Shown here in pieces: positions 1-12,444 of a DNA stretch of 64,000 bases; the stretch's first letter is position 1, and each line of letters starts with the position of its first letter. The stretch is from Harriotta raleighana. Lineage: Eukaryota. The notes under the pieces were generated by a model. The model was not told the DNA's origin, ran no database searches, and saw only the letters and a list, made by a program, of their open reading frames with translations. The stretch covers positions 163,360-227,359 of the forward strand of contig JBNZDD010013398.1 of the NCBI GenBank assembly GCA_050575255.1. Direction: 5' to 3'. Position numbers and translations under genes: made by a program.

Positions 1-451
1 TCTCAGATTGCTTTGAAGTGTAATGAATATACAAGTAAACAAGCACGCTTTTATTAATAATAAACCAAGAATCCATCTCAACGGGATAATGCTCCAAACA
101 GCACTGCACATCCCTGGTTGCAGCATTCAAATGAGTTGCCATGTTTACACAGATGTTCAAAATTTGGAGCCAACCCAAATTAGACTTTGAATGCAATTAA
201 TCTGTATCATGTATTTTAGATTTTGTCCACCACATCTGTTCACTTGTGTAGATCATGTGATGGGCAAGTGATAACTAAAAAGAGTGTTAAAGATGATGTC
301 TGGTCCTCTGCTGAATTGGAGAGTGCAAGGGACAACGGGCAGGTGAGTCTACAGTCAAATTCAGATAACACCAAGAAATTGGATGTTAAATCACCCATCA
401 ATGTGAAACAGCCCAGATATTCTGTTGCATTGATACAGATTGAGAGGGCAA

Positions 452-470
452 TGCTGCCACCCATTGGTTG
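452..470 (-). promoter_or_regulatory. Possible CTCF motif (weaker), reverse orientation
   Basis: Minus strand reads CAACCAATGGGTGGCAGCA; about 2 mismatches to CCASYAGRKGGCRS. Confidence 0.35.
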
Positions 471-653
471 CCATTGGTACCGCAAGGAACGTTGCAACGA
501 ATTTGCACAAACATTAATTTGCATAATCATAATAAAATAACATTTGCATTTAATGAAGTGCCGTATCACGAGATGTCACAAAAGCTTCAAATTAATTATT
601 TTGATGTGTTTAAATTCTTGTTTGGTTGCATAATATGAAGGAAACTTGTCTGA

Positions 654-827
654 AATGAGACAATTGATTAATTCATCCTTTTTTTGTATATTGGACGATG
701 GATAAATTATGGCCAGGTCAGAGGGACAACACCATGTACNAATGAGACAATTGATTAATTCATCCTTTTTTTGTAAATTGGACGATGGATAAATTATGGC
801 CAGGTCAGAGGGACAACACCATGTACC
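654..827. repeat. ~86-bp direct duplication flanking single N at 740 (probable assembly overlap artefact)
   Basis: 654-739 repeated at 741-827 with 1-2 differences, joined by one N. Confidence 0.85.
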
Positions 828-871
828 TTTTCAAAATAATTATATGGGATCTTTAATGCCCACCTGGACTG

Positions 872-990
872 TTACAACAATAATTCTTGCATTTGAGAAA
901 GTGCCTGCCTTATATTGTTAAGACATCTTCAAGCGCTTCACAGAATATACTGCAAAGTGAATTGATTGTGTATTTTGTGGGAGAAATAAG
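872..990 (-). mobile_element. Degenerate SINE 3' portion
   Basis: Reverse complement resembles the tail of the SINE at 3321-3610 (gtgaagcgcttgaaga...aaatgcaagaattattgttgt). Confidence 0.5.
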
Positions 991-2366
991 AACAGAAAGA
1001 CAGGTTTTGATTCAGTGCTTTGTTCAAAGAAATCTTTCATAATGCATCAGTATTTTTCTCCCTAGTTCAATATCTGATCAGGCACCAAAAGGGTAATTTC
1101 CTACTTGTCAAGGTGCTTGGCACTATATTTCAGCTTCAAACTGCCTGATGACTTGACTTTACCTTCACCAATAGTGGGCAGTACAGAACTATTGAAAGTA
1201 GATGCTAGAGGATAGATCTTATCTGGAATTCTATTGCCTTCCAACAATAATTGCTGGGTTTATAAGGGCCTGATTATTTGATTTTCATATTTGTCCCCTA
1301 TTACCTCAACTGCACAGTCATCAATCATATACTTTAACTCTTGGAAAGCTGACAATACATTCTGCTTCCCTTAAAAAAACTCACAATAATAATTCACTTA
1401 GTAAGTATTTACACATAGACGCAAATATATTAGTAATTTAAAAATAAAATGTGCGTGCATTTTTTTTTCAAAACTGCAAAATAATGCTGTGTTTTCCTGC
1501 TGTGCCCTTCAACCCTGAAGGCAAGCCAATTTGTGTTTATTCCCATTGAGTGTCTTTCATCTGGCGTGATTGGATTGTGGGCAACAAATAGATGGTTGCT
1601 AGGCCTAGTTTTTTAATATTTAAATAGGGAAGCACTGTATTTTGTCACTCATTCCTTGTTAAGGTACAAGCTTTAATCAGTTAAATTCCTTCTCCCTCAC
1701 TTTGATTTTTCTTTCTGCGAGAACAAAGCATTATTGAGTACAGCTCTCTCATTCCTTTCCTCAACTATCAAAATTTGAGACCACGAACAGACGCTTAAAA
1801 TTGAGGTTGACAAGGTGCACTATTTCAATTAAATATGGGGATGATGGAACTGATCATTTTCATTGCTGTAATTCATATTTCTCTTGTTGATGTTTTGAAT
1901 GAATTGGAAATATTGAAAGTGGGAATTTATTGCTTTTTTTTGTCTTACAAATTGTTTCAATACTAAACCAGTTATTCCTGGTTTAATAATTAGAGCAAAT
2001 TTAATCATCATTACTGCTCTTGTATTGCTGCATTGTTCTGAACTTTATTGCTTCACAGAACATTTATAATTATGCCAAATGATGATGTAGATTTATATTT
2101 ACAAAATGGCTCAGACAGAGTATTAAATTCATATGTAAATGAATGCTGCTCATGCAGGTAAAGGATGTCCACATGAGACAAATATTCATAAACTAACCGT
2201 ACCTCGAATTCAATGGCAAGTTTGAATTGGTGAGTAACTTATATATTTTCTTTGCAAGAAATGAGAGTGGGAGAAAAAAACCATTTCTAAGAAAGGAAAG
2301 TAGACACGAACTATAGAAATTTTTATTTTAAAAATACTTCAATGAGTCGAGAAAATGTTTCTGGTA

Positions 2367-2776
2367 GGTGGGAAATATTTTGTATTGCAAAAAATGCTTG
2401 ATTGATTGATTGACTAATTGTTTTAATGATTGACTGTTTGATTGACTGATTGTTAAAATTAAATTGCAGCAACACCATGGACATTTCTCTGTTTACAGAT
2501 TTCACACATCACACTCTGAGACACGTTAGGAGGAATACCGTTGGGAGATACTCAACACAAGTAGGACANTGGTGGGAAATATTTTGTATTGGAAAAAATG
2601 CTTGATTGATTGATTGATTGACTAATTGTTTTGATGATTGACTGTTTGATTGACTGATTGTTAAAATTAAATTGCAGCAACACCATGGACATTTCTCTGT
2701 TTACAGATTTCACACATCACACTCTGAGACACGTTAGGAGGAATACCGTTGGGAGATACTCAACACAAGTAGGACA
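2367..2776. repeat. ~200-bp direct duplication flanking single N at 2569 (probable assembly overlap artefact); contains (GATT)n microsatellite
   Basis: 2367-2568 repeated at 2571-2776; copies differ by one GATT unit and a few substitutions. Confidence 0.85.
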
Positions 2777-3320
2777 TCAGCCACATCGCCACTGTTTGAT
2801 GCCCACCTTGCCACCCTCAGAGGATGGGAGGAGGGGGAGGTTCAGATTATTCCATTGCAGTCAGTTGGTGTTGTGCTAGTTCAGTGAGAAGATTGATTGC
2901 AAGACTTACCATTGAGCACAACAGATTTAAAAGAAAAATGATATTCTGCAGCAATGTTATATTGCAAAAAAAAACTTTGCATAGTATTTGAGTAGCTGAA
3001 TCCATATTGCACTGCATGCATGTTATCCTTGATTTATGCATTAGGATACCTATCCGTGCATGTTAGGAAAGTACTGAAAGATCCTTGACAGCGTATTGCT
3101 CATTTTACAAAGTTCACCACATGAAGACACTCCACACAAGAGGCAGATGGTTCTAGGTCAGCTGTACAAAGAAGAAACATGCTTTGCCCAAAAAGACTTA
3201 TTGTTCATATTCTTCTTCTCTGCCATGCACTAACTGTGATGAGTCCCTCACACTGGGTAGTAGAATTGTGAGAATGAAAAATGGGCAAATCTTTGTGAAG
3301 AACTAAGACAGATGATGAAG

Positions 3321-3610
3321 TCCTCCAGCTCAGTGGTTAGAGCGTCTTACAATTGACAGACCTGAGTTTAATTCCAGGCAGGTCATGGCGAAATCTTGGG
3401 CAAGTTTCTTTATCTACCTGTCTAACAATAATCCCTCAAAAAAATAATAAATTGGTCATTTCAATCCACTGTTTATGGATAACTGCTGTGCGCAATTAGC
3501 TGCAGTGTTTCGCAAACATTTATACAGTCAATCCACTTTATACTGTGAAGCGCTTTGAGACATGTAGAAAATGTGAAAAGCGCTATATCAAATGCAGGAT
3601 TATTTTTATT
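3321..3610 (+). mobile_element. tRNA-derived SINE, near full length
   Basis: Pol III A-box-like cagctcagtggttagagc (3326-3343), B-box-like gagtttaattcc (~3364-3375), 3' tail gtgaagcgctttgagac...aagcgctatatcaaatgcagg followed by (TTA)-like end; tail recurs elsewhere in the window. Confidence 0.75.
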
Positions 3611-4535
3611 ATGAATTCATGTCTGAATATACTACCATACAACACATCCTAATAAAAACCTGTTTAAAAAGTTAGTTGAATTTATGCAAAACAATAATTA
3701 TAAACCACGGACATTTTCTATATTTTAATAGGCAGATATTACATATAGCTTCAGTGTAAATTAAACATTAACCAGTAATAGTCAAGATTGTTAAAAGGAG
3801 CTGAAACAAGTACTTGTCAATAAGATTAAATCATAATTGTTTAAGTTGTTAAATGTATTATCGTACTCATTGCTATCTTCTTATGCCTGTGTGGAGAGGG
3901 GGATAATTAATCTCCATTGAAGTGTCAGAGATCTGAGAGTTTATGTGGTTTGAAATTATTGCAGTTGAATTCTGATTGATGTTTGCGGCAGAAACATCAG
4001 TCACAATCGAGGGTACCATGGTGAAAAATAGCAGTCTCTTTTTTTGTCTGAGCAAATAAACTGCTTGAAAATCCACCCGTACCACCCTCCTCTCAGCAAC
4101 ATGAATGATGCATGTTGGTTGATTTGGGGAAAAAATGTTGGGTCTGTATGATAGAATATACAACAGCAATTACAATTTTGAATAAAATATTGATACAAAA
4201 TCACATTTAGGTATACGTTTTGTGTTTTTTTTGAACAACAATAAAAATCACCCAAAGTTGGCTTTCAGAAGACATCTCGAAGCGCTTGTCAATGTTTGCC
4301 TGTGTACATAAAGTGGAAGAGAAAAGGGAGAGGGTGGTTGGAGGGGGAAGAAGTCCCAAAGCTCGGTCAAACTTCCTGTTGAGGGATGCATTTCCCTCTG
4401 CTTTACATTGCTGTGCAATAGACCTCCCGGAGAAACCAGGAGACCAACACAACCCTTTTGTAAACTGGGGGTAGGAGGTTGTGCATTGAATCATTTCAGT
4501 ACCACATGGAGAAACCCAGGTGATTGATATCAGAA

Positions 4536-4554
4536 TAGCGCCCCCTTGTGGCAG
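4536..4554 (-). promoter_or_regulatory. Strong CTCF core motif, reverse orientation
   Basis: Minus strand CTGCCACAAGGGGGCGCTA closely matches the CTCF consensus. Confidence 0.75.
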
Positions 4555-7500
4555 CCCTCAAATGTGTACCTTCAGAAGGTTTTCTCCAACAGGAATTCCT
4601 GTCTTGGTTTTATTTTTTTTAAAAATTCAATAAAATGTGAGAACCTAATAGTGTCAATATTTTCCGCACAACAAGTTATCGATAATTATACACATTCACT
4701 GTAAGAATAAGCAAATGATTTTGCATCTCATCCCATTGTTAAGGCAATTTTTAATTTTTTAAATATACAATATTTCAAATTGTCTTCATGCTGATTGAAT
4801 ACAATTTTATTTTTTTTGTGGGGGGGGGGAGCGTTAGTTGGTTAGATCTTGTAAATCAACACGATGAACGGCAACCCAGTCCGTCTGCTATGGCGGCAAT
4901 GGTATGTTTTTTAATGAATGTATGAAATATGCAGTAACTCGTATTGAAAAGGAAACGTGACTAAAAGATCAGATGTCATCAATAATGCATATAGAACTGG
5001 CCAAGTCAATACATGTTCAGAGAGAAAGCTTTACAGAGAGAGACGGAGAGAACTGGAGAATTTCAGACCTCTTTGAAAATATTATATTGATCACTGAACA
5101 GCTAGGAAGTGATCTAAAACCAAACCATTTATCGGTGTCATTAACAAATGAGTCGGTGATGCTCTGGAAACAGTTCCCAAAATAAAAACAATAACTGTGA
5201 GATGCACTAATTCAATAAGGAACAGAAAATAAATCATTTGGTTGAATTTGGGGAATGAAATTTTGATTGTATTTTGTTTTTTCAATATTTTGTAGAATAG
5301 ACGTAAAAATCACCACCTAGATCAAGAGAATTTTTTTTTACTGACAAGATAATGCATCAATATTAACAAGAATGATTTTCTCTATATTTTTCTTATTCAG
5401 ACTACATTGACACGTCACTATCTCTAGGAGCTGGCGAATCAAGTTTCTGACACCGTGGACCAAGTTTCTATCCAGAGAAACTACTGAACACAAATGTACA
5501 GAGGAAACCCCGTCATGCTTACCACCGGAGATGCATCGATTAATTTACTGAACATAATAAATCAACCTCAAGCAAGGGCGGGGATACAGCCAGAAGAATA
5601 GGAATACAAGTTAAATCGAAAAGAAGATGGGACTTCAACTTCCCGTTGAGCACAACGTAGAGGGAATCATGCATTATGAAAATGCCCTAATTGTAAGGAG
5701 AATGTAAATTTAATTAGGCAGTCGAGTTGCTTCATTCGTGAAGCGTTTTTTTTGGTGGGGGGTGGGGTGGGGGAGGAGGTGCGTGGGGGCACTGGCATGT
5801 TGCATATGTTGGATACTTATTGTAATTATTTGACAACTACATACAGCTGGTGTCAACTTTTTAAAAAATCCAGGAATACCTTCAAACAATATTATATGTT
5901 AAATTGCATTTCGCTAATTTCGTAAATCTAAAATGTAAATCATGTAATAATTTACCGAGAAACATTTTGACAGATGAAAGTACAGTTGCATGTATTTGGA
6001 AGCTACTATTTTTGCCACTGTTTCCCAAGATTGCTTCGTGTTTGGAATTCCATCCAATAAAGACATTTGGATACTTTGCGATTGTCATACTCAAACCTTA
6101 TTAGTAGTGAATTGGTTGAATTGATACACATAATATTGTAAAAGAAAATAATTTATTCTGGACGAAAAACAAACAAAAATGATTTCCCAGCTGACAATGT
6201 GATTTCCGATTGAAGTAATGATTTTGTTAATTTAAAGTTGAATCCTTGTTATTTTGTTAATGTTTAAAAGAAATAGCGACCAAAGCTCCGCTTTGTTATT
6301 CTGATGTTCAATGAATGAAAAGTTTTCATTTGTGTCCAATGCTTTCCGGTATAAACAGGAACTATCTTAAATTCGGAAACATTTAGATATCATAGAATAA
6401 CTACAAATGAATGGTCTGAAACCAATGGAATGTAGGGCAATTGAATAAATACCTGAGAGAATTCATCCAATCTATTAATGTTTGTGTGGGCATCAATCAA
6501 TATTGGAAAGCCAAAGGAAGAATTATCGAGTCTACAAATTAAATATGAACAAAGGAATAATATAAAGGTGAACGTGATCTTCTGGAATGAACTTGCTGTA
6601 ATAACATGTAAGAAGTTACCTGTATGCTTTTCTACGGCTTCCATTGCTCAACCTGGAATAAAATGGAAACATGGCGATTGCTATTTTGTATTTTGTAGGA
6701 TGCACTTTGGTTTTGCTTCAATAAATGTTCTTAATCAATGTGAACATTTCAGTCTTACGACGTGGTTAGTGCAAATATTTTTTTTTGGGGGGTGCAGGGG
6801 GCGTCTTGTTATCGTTTAAGTGTTTATGACCACAACACGCACAGTCAATCAACCAAACAATATATTCTGGGATGTCAATTATTATTATTATCATCATTAT
6901 TTGGTTCAATTGGCTCCTATTATACGACTCCTTTCTCCCATTAATACGGTCGATAAAATCGCCATTTAATACCCTCAGTTGTTGGAATAAAAACATACGG
7001 GTTCCTATTCAAAATTAAACATTAATATTCCTCTATTTTCAGACTCTGTTTCCATTTTTTAAAAAATGTTTGATTGGAAATGAATGGGACTAACGCACAA
7101 CCTTGATACTGAATCCATTAAAGCTATGCAGATGAAGTTATATATCTACAATCAGGTATCAATAATATCCCGGATAACAGTAAGAATATTCTACTTCCAA
7201 TTCACATCCATCTGGTTAAACTGTAGTTTGATTTTCCTCTAAACACTAAATATATTGAGACAAAGACCACGACAGTAACATGTACCTTGTTGGGGCACAG
7301 TTAGTTTACAGCCAGAATCCTGTTTGTCCTCTCAGTTTTCTGTACACAAAACTATACAATAAATAACTAAAGCGTACACCTGTTTTTACGCAGCAGCTTA
7401 TGCACCCATTAAGAGGTGAAATTTAGTTCCTGACATTTCTAAATGATCTTCTTTATTCAGATTTAATATAAGAGTTGTACGTTGGTCAGAGAACAACATC

Positions 7501-7847
7501 ATATTCAGAGTAGGTGCTAATCTGTTCCCATCAACAACGCACTAGAAATTTTTTAACATTACGCAAACGTTTCTGCAGCAGATGATGGAGTTCTACACTG
7601 CTGCAAAAGTACTGAAAAGTTGATTGTTAGGCACCGAAAGGTCAACAGTGGTCTGGATGAACTGCTTACCATAATAAAAAAAAAGTTGTGGCCTTAATCA
7701 GACAAAATATCAATTATCCTGAACCATTTTACAGTCAAAAGGCGACAGACGACTAAACTATGACCTAAACCATTGAATTTTTGTATCTCTTTGCAAAAAT
7801 CATATTCGGCCACGAAATATACAGTCAATACCCCTTACAACGTATTC

Positions 7848-7905
7848 AGTGAAGCGCTTTAAGTCGTGATAAGGCGCTATACGAAAATGGAAGGAATATT
7901 ATTGT
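7848..7905 (+). mobile_element. SINE/LINE 3'-tail fragment
   Basis: gtgaagcgctttaagtcgtgataaggcgctatacgaaa...attattgtt resembles tail at 3545-3610. Confidence 0.55.
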
Positions 7906-8127
7906 TATATTGTGCAGCGAGGGAAACGGCAGCAGTGATGTGGAAGAGGTGAGACAGGCTGTGACAGTGCATGCTACTGTTTTAATATCAACAGATAAAA
8001 TGACTATTTCATCAGTTTGGGGTTTTATTGTCTAATTCAACTGCAGAACCCTTTTGAAATCAGTGATATGGACCACAATCTTCTCTCACTGTTCTGAGAA
8101 TTCCTGGATTCGATTAAAAAAAAAGTC

Positions 8128-8146
8128 TTCGCCCCCTAGCGGCCAC
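8128..8146 (-). promoter_or_regulatory. Strong CTCF core motif, reverse orientation
   Basis: Minus strand GTGGCCGCTAGGGGGCGAA closely matches the CTCF consensus. Confidence 0.75.
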
Positions 8147-8949
8147 TAACCACTAACCTGTTAATACAGAGAGGAATCGATTACCGGAGCGTGAATTGGA
8201 AGATAATTCTGAACACTCTATAATGATTGGCCTTTTCAATGATCTCTTCTGTTTTCTAGAATAAACTAAACTAAACTAAACGGTATAAAGTAACTATCGG
8301 TGTTTCAGACGGAGTATAATATAAACTCTCAGTGTTATAGACGAAAGTCCAAGGTAGCGTTTCGAAGGACTGCAAAAATGCTAAAATACTTACTTTGGAA
8401 AAAGGAACGGCCGTTGAGATACAGATCTGATATAATGCTCTGTATTCTCAGACGTAAAGTCGCCTTGATAGCATTTATTGTTATTTCCAATGTGTTTAAT
8501 TTTATTATATCCCTTTCATTCCACAACCCGAACGGGGAGGTTTGCAATGAAATTGTGTACCTATGCTGCTTGTTCGGTGCAAGAAAGAAGGCGAAATTGG
8601 ATTTAGTGGAGTTAGACAACATTAACTGATAGTTATGTGTGAACTATTTACAATTTCCTGGCTATTAATGATAACAAAGGCAGCTTGGAAGTTACTCTCC
8701 ACATTCTGTTTTAGTAAAACTGTCAGAAATCTACTTTTGTTTAAAATAACTGGCAAATGACAATCTTTTGAAAGCAGTCGTTAACATCTCAATGCAGGAC
8801 CTCAAAATGTGTGCAGAAAAATCTATCAGTAAACGAGACGCAGCAACTCACTGGTGAGATCGCATTTAGAGTTATTGCGCGTAATTCGGGACGTTTCAAA
8901 AGCGATATCGAAAAACACTGCTGTTACTGCTATTTGCATCCAGGGTTTA

Positions 8950-9294
8950 ACAGCTGATCTGACATATTCTTTCAGTAATCCAAAAGCTGTATAAACTTTC
9001 CGGTTGGCAGCCGGGAACTGGAGAGATTCGAGATCAGTGGGTCAATATGATGAAGCGGCAAATAGCTATTAAGCGCAAATCTGCTGTTGTGCAGCAGTGA
9101 ATTCGGAGGATAATTTTAATCGTAGATCCGAAATAAGGGAAGATCAATGTCCTGAAGTTGGTCAGAAAACTCCAGCGCTGGAATCAGAGGAGCTGGAATC
9201 ATCGGTTTGTCTCTTGAATCATCTAAAACTTTCGGTTCCTGAAACCCAGACAACCCACCAACTTTACCTCCAACCCAAAGTCAGTATTAATTAA
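8950..9294 (+). pseudogene. Highly decayed protocadherin relic (EC3 fragment joined to cytoplasmic-tail fragment)
   Basis: 8959 ctgacatattctttcagtaat = LTYSFSN; 9017 actggagagattcga = TGEIR; 9079 on = ICCCAAVNSEDNFNRRS...SVCL...LYLQP, cf. paralogue tails CCCLGQ..EDNFNRR...SICL...FLYLKP. Confidence 0.65.
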
Positions 9295-9516
9295 ACACAT
9301 CCCATCGGTTCAGATAAATGTAACTTTGGTTCTACAACTCACAAGTTGAATTTAATTCAAGATAAATTTGTATGTGAAACACGAATTTTTAAAAATGTGA
9401 TGAGTGAGCACATTAACAGATCCATCCCCACCCCCCACTACGTTGCTCGCATTTACATTAATAGTGAATTATTATTGGAAATGTTGATGTGTTTCCGTGA
9501 AAAAAAAATCCAAAAC

Positions 9517-11640
9517 ATGGCGATGCACTCAGCAACCGGGCGGCTTTTGTGCTTCTACTGTTAGTCTCACAGCCGGTAACCACACAAATTCGTTATTCCA
9601 CCCCCGAGGAACAGTACCTGGGAACTTTTGTCAGGAACACCGCTGAGGATTTGGGGGAGAATATTCGGGAATTTATCCGGTCGTAGGTTGCGGCCATCTC
9701 CGACCATGGAAAGCAATATTTGAAGGTAAATTTGGCGAATGGAGTTTTGTTGGTGATTGAGAGAATCGACAGAGAACAGCTCTATGGGCAAAGCGCTCAT
9801 CTCATCTCCTTTGCGTTGTCGCTCGGAAAACCCTTTCACCCAGTTTTTCCAACCACCCCTTTCCCTTGCAAAGTCTTTGAGCTAATTGTGCCAGCGGTGC
9901 GCTTTCCTCTCCAGAGCGCGCAAGATCAACACTTATCAGATCAGTTCCAACCCCCCACTTCGGTTTCCAAGTGCAGAGCGATGGGGGTAAAAATTGCCGA
10001 GTTAGTTTTGGAGAAGCCCTTGGAAGTCAACTTTTCAGCTGGTCCTGGTGTCTGTTGACGGTGCAATCACGGAGATCCGGTACAAGGGTGTATCGGTGAT
10101 GGAAGTCAACGCTGTCGATTTGGACCAGAGCTCAAACGAGGAGGTCGGGTGCTCTTTGACCAGCCACACCTCGCAGAAAGTTCATGAGTTATTCGGGTTA
10201 AATCCGGACACTGGGGAGGTCAGAGTTCGAGGCTCATTAGATTTCGAAGCATCCAATAGTCACGATCTTGACGGGCAAGCTTAGGATATGGCCGCTCAAA
10301 TGGGTCGTGCCAAGGTTTGGGTGGAAATAATGAACGTGAATGACAACACTCACGAGCGCTCTGAGACGCCTTTCGGCGTGGAGGGCGCTATATAAATCCA
10401 AGTTGTGGTTGTTGTTCCCGGTAACATCTCATTCAGTCTCCAATGCTCTTCCAAGAACCGCTACAAGTTGATACCTAACGATAGCCTGGATCGTGATGGT
10501 ACGTCTGTGTACAATGTGTCTGTTGTGGTCCGGGACTCGGAGACACCCCGTCTCTCTATCGATACAACGGTCTTGGGTTACGCTTTTCAATGCAAACGAT
10601 AACCGTCCCACGGTTTTCATAATCCTTCCAGGATGTGCACCTGAGGGAGAATAACACTCCCGGGGCCTCTAAATTTTCCGTGTCTGCTTTGGACCCTGAT
10701 TTGGGCCAGAATGGCAAAGTCTCCTATTCTGTTCTCGAGGTGGCGGGCGTGTGTGTGTCACCAATAACTCCAGGAGTGGGAATGTTTACGCCATGACTTC
10801 CTTTGACTACGAGCAACTGAAGTACTCCCAGATGAATCCGTGGGCCCAGGATGATGGATTTCCTTCTCCACTGAGCAGTAGCACCAGAGTGAGAGTGACA
10901 ACTCCCCACCCAGGGATTGTTCCGCCATCGACAAGGAAAGGGTCAAGAACAGTGCAAGTCCTGTCACAGGCAATCAGCCCCGGTGACTTGATCGTTACCG
11001 TGTTGATGGCAGATACTGATTCTGGGCAGAACGCCCGTCTTTCGTATTAGCTACAACAGGGCACCGATCGTAGCCTGTTCAGGGTCGAACCGTTCACGGG
11101 AGAAATCAGGACCATTTCGAGGCATTTATGAACCAGGATCTCACCACGCACAATATGGCCATCTCGGTGAAGGACAATGGACAACCCAGCCTGACCAGCA
11201 TCGGTACTATCGCCCTTTCAATCTTGGCGAATATCACTGAAGCATCCTCTGACAGCAGTAACTCAGATAAACAACCCCAACGTTTATCCTACATCTATTT
11301 CGATCATCATTTTGGGGTCAATGTCAATCATAAATACTCGTCACGATAATCGCTCTCTTTCTCGTCAAGTGCAAAAAGGTTGGAATTTGTTTTCAAGGCG
11401 ATAAGTCCAAGGCTATTTGCTGGGGAGCGAGAGGCAATTCGAAGGACCACCTACAGTCGCCAGCCCTTACAGAGGGAAGCGTTAAATTACGCAGGCGAGT
11501 TGATGCCAATTCCCGAAGCTCAACGCTGCAAGGTTTGCGTGTCTCCAGAATCGTCGAAGAGCGATTTTATTTTTCTGAATCCCTTACCAGAATGCTACTT
11601 TACCTCAAGTGTAATATCAATGTTACAATCACGGATTGGA
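9517..11640 (+). pseudogene. Clustered protocadherin pseudogene
   Basis: Fragmented ORFs with RIDREQL, FDYEQLK, DTDSGQNARLSY, VKDNGQPSL, VCVSPESSKSDFIFL; many stops, frameshifts and deletions; start aacATGGCG resembles gene at 12445. Confidence 0.9.
10354..10416 (+). mobile_element. Short SINE/LINE 3'-tail insertion inside the pseudogene
   Basis: gagcgctctgagacg...gggcgctatataaatccaagttgtggttgttgtt interrupts Pcdh homology right after NVNDNT. Confidence 0.65.
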
Positions 11641-12139
11641 GAAGAAGCGACTTGCGAAATCTAGTTTTGCTGATAATCTGTACTGATATGCTTAAAGTGG
11701 GACAGAGGGGATTCCAATTAACGAACGACAGTTTTCCCCGATGTTAATTGTCTGAATATTTGCACCTTCTTCTGTTCCTTGCTCACTCAGATGTAAGTCG
11801 CCATTATTCAACAGAGAAATTGGTTCTATGAATTCTGTATAGATTTAAGGTTAGGTTTGTATTTGATTGCCACTGCTGTTGCAGGTAGTATGTGGCTATT
11901 TCATGTGTAAGGGGTGAATTAATATACAAACGCGATTAAAATGCAGCTAGCAATCGAATGAAAATAAATCTGAATGAAACGTTTTATTTCCATCGGATGG
12001 TAACAAGTCACTATAGAAGAATTGCATCTTGGTAACATTATATGTTGTGTTGTTAAAATATACAGCATAAATATGAAATATATAGTTTACCATATATATT
12101 TTTAAAAATTCAGAACAGTCTAGCTTTAAGAGAAGCTCC

Positions 12140-12188
12140 GAGTATTTATTGGTCGGAGTTCTTTGTGTGTCTCTCGGCGAATAAGGAG
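12140..12188 (+). promoter_or_regulatory. Divergent CSE-type promoter element lacking the CGCT core
   Basis: Flanks match other promoters (gctttaag upstream, ttattgg, aataaggag, atctaccctccc) but the core reads gtgtgtctctcggcgaat. Confidence 0.6.
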
Positions 12189-12444
12189 GAGAGACGCTGC
12201 CAGAAATCTACCCTCCCTTCTCCTTCACAAAGGGCAGAGCAGAAGCACAGAGGAAGGCGAGCGGTGTCTAATCTCTGGCTTTGGCTTGTGGAGCCATGTT
12301 TAGGCAGAGTGCTTCCTTGTCTCTCATTCGGATGCCCAAATTTATACATTTTTGTTAATATAAAATACGCAATGAGTTACTAAAGACAGCTATTGATGAT
12401 TGAGCATCATGTCGATGCACTTGCGTCACATTCGAACCCAGAAC

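Noticed and set aside
3321-3380. tRNA gene
   Set aside because: A/B boxes lack a cloverleaf and continue into a SINE body and tail
5753-5790. G-rich run with G-quadruplex potential
   Set aside because: Common low-complexity tract with no supporting context
223-8629. Short ORFs (60-113 aa) in the first 9 kb as genes or constant exons
   Set aside because: AT-rich, no recognisable domains or Pcdh constant-region motifs, several overlap repeat debris
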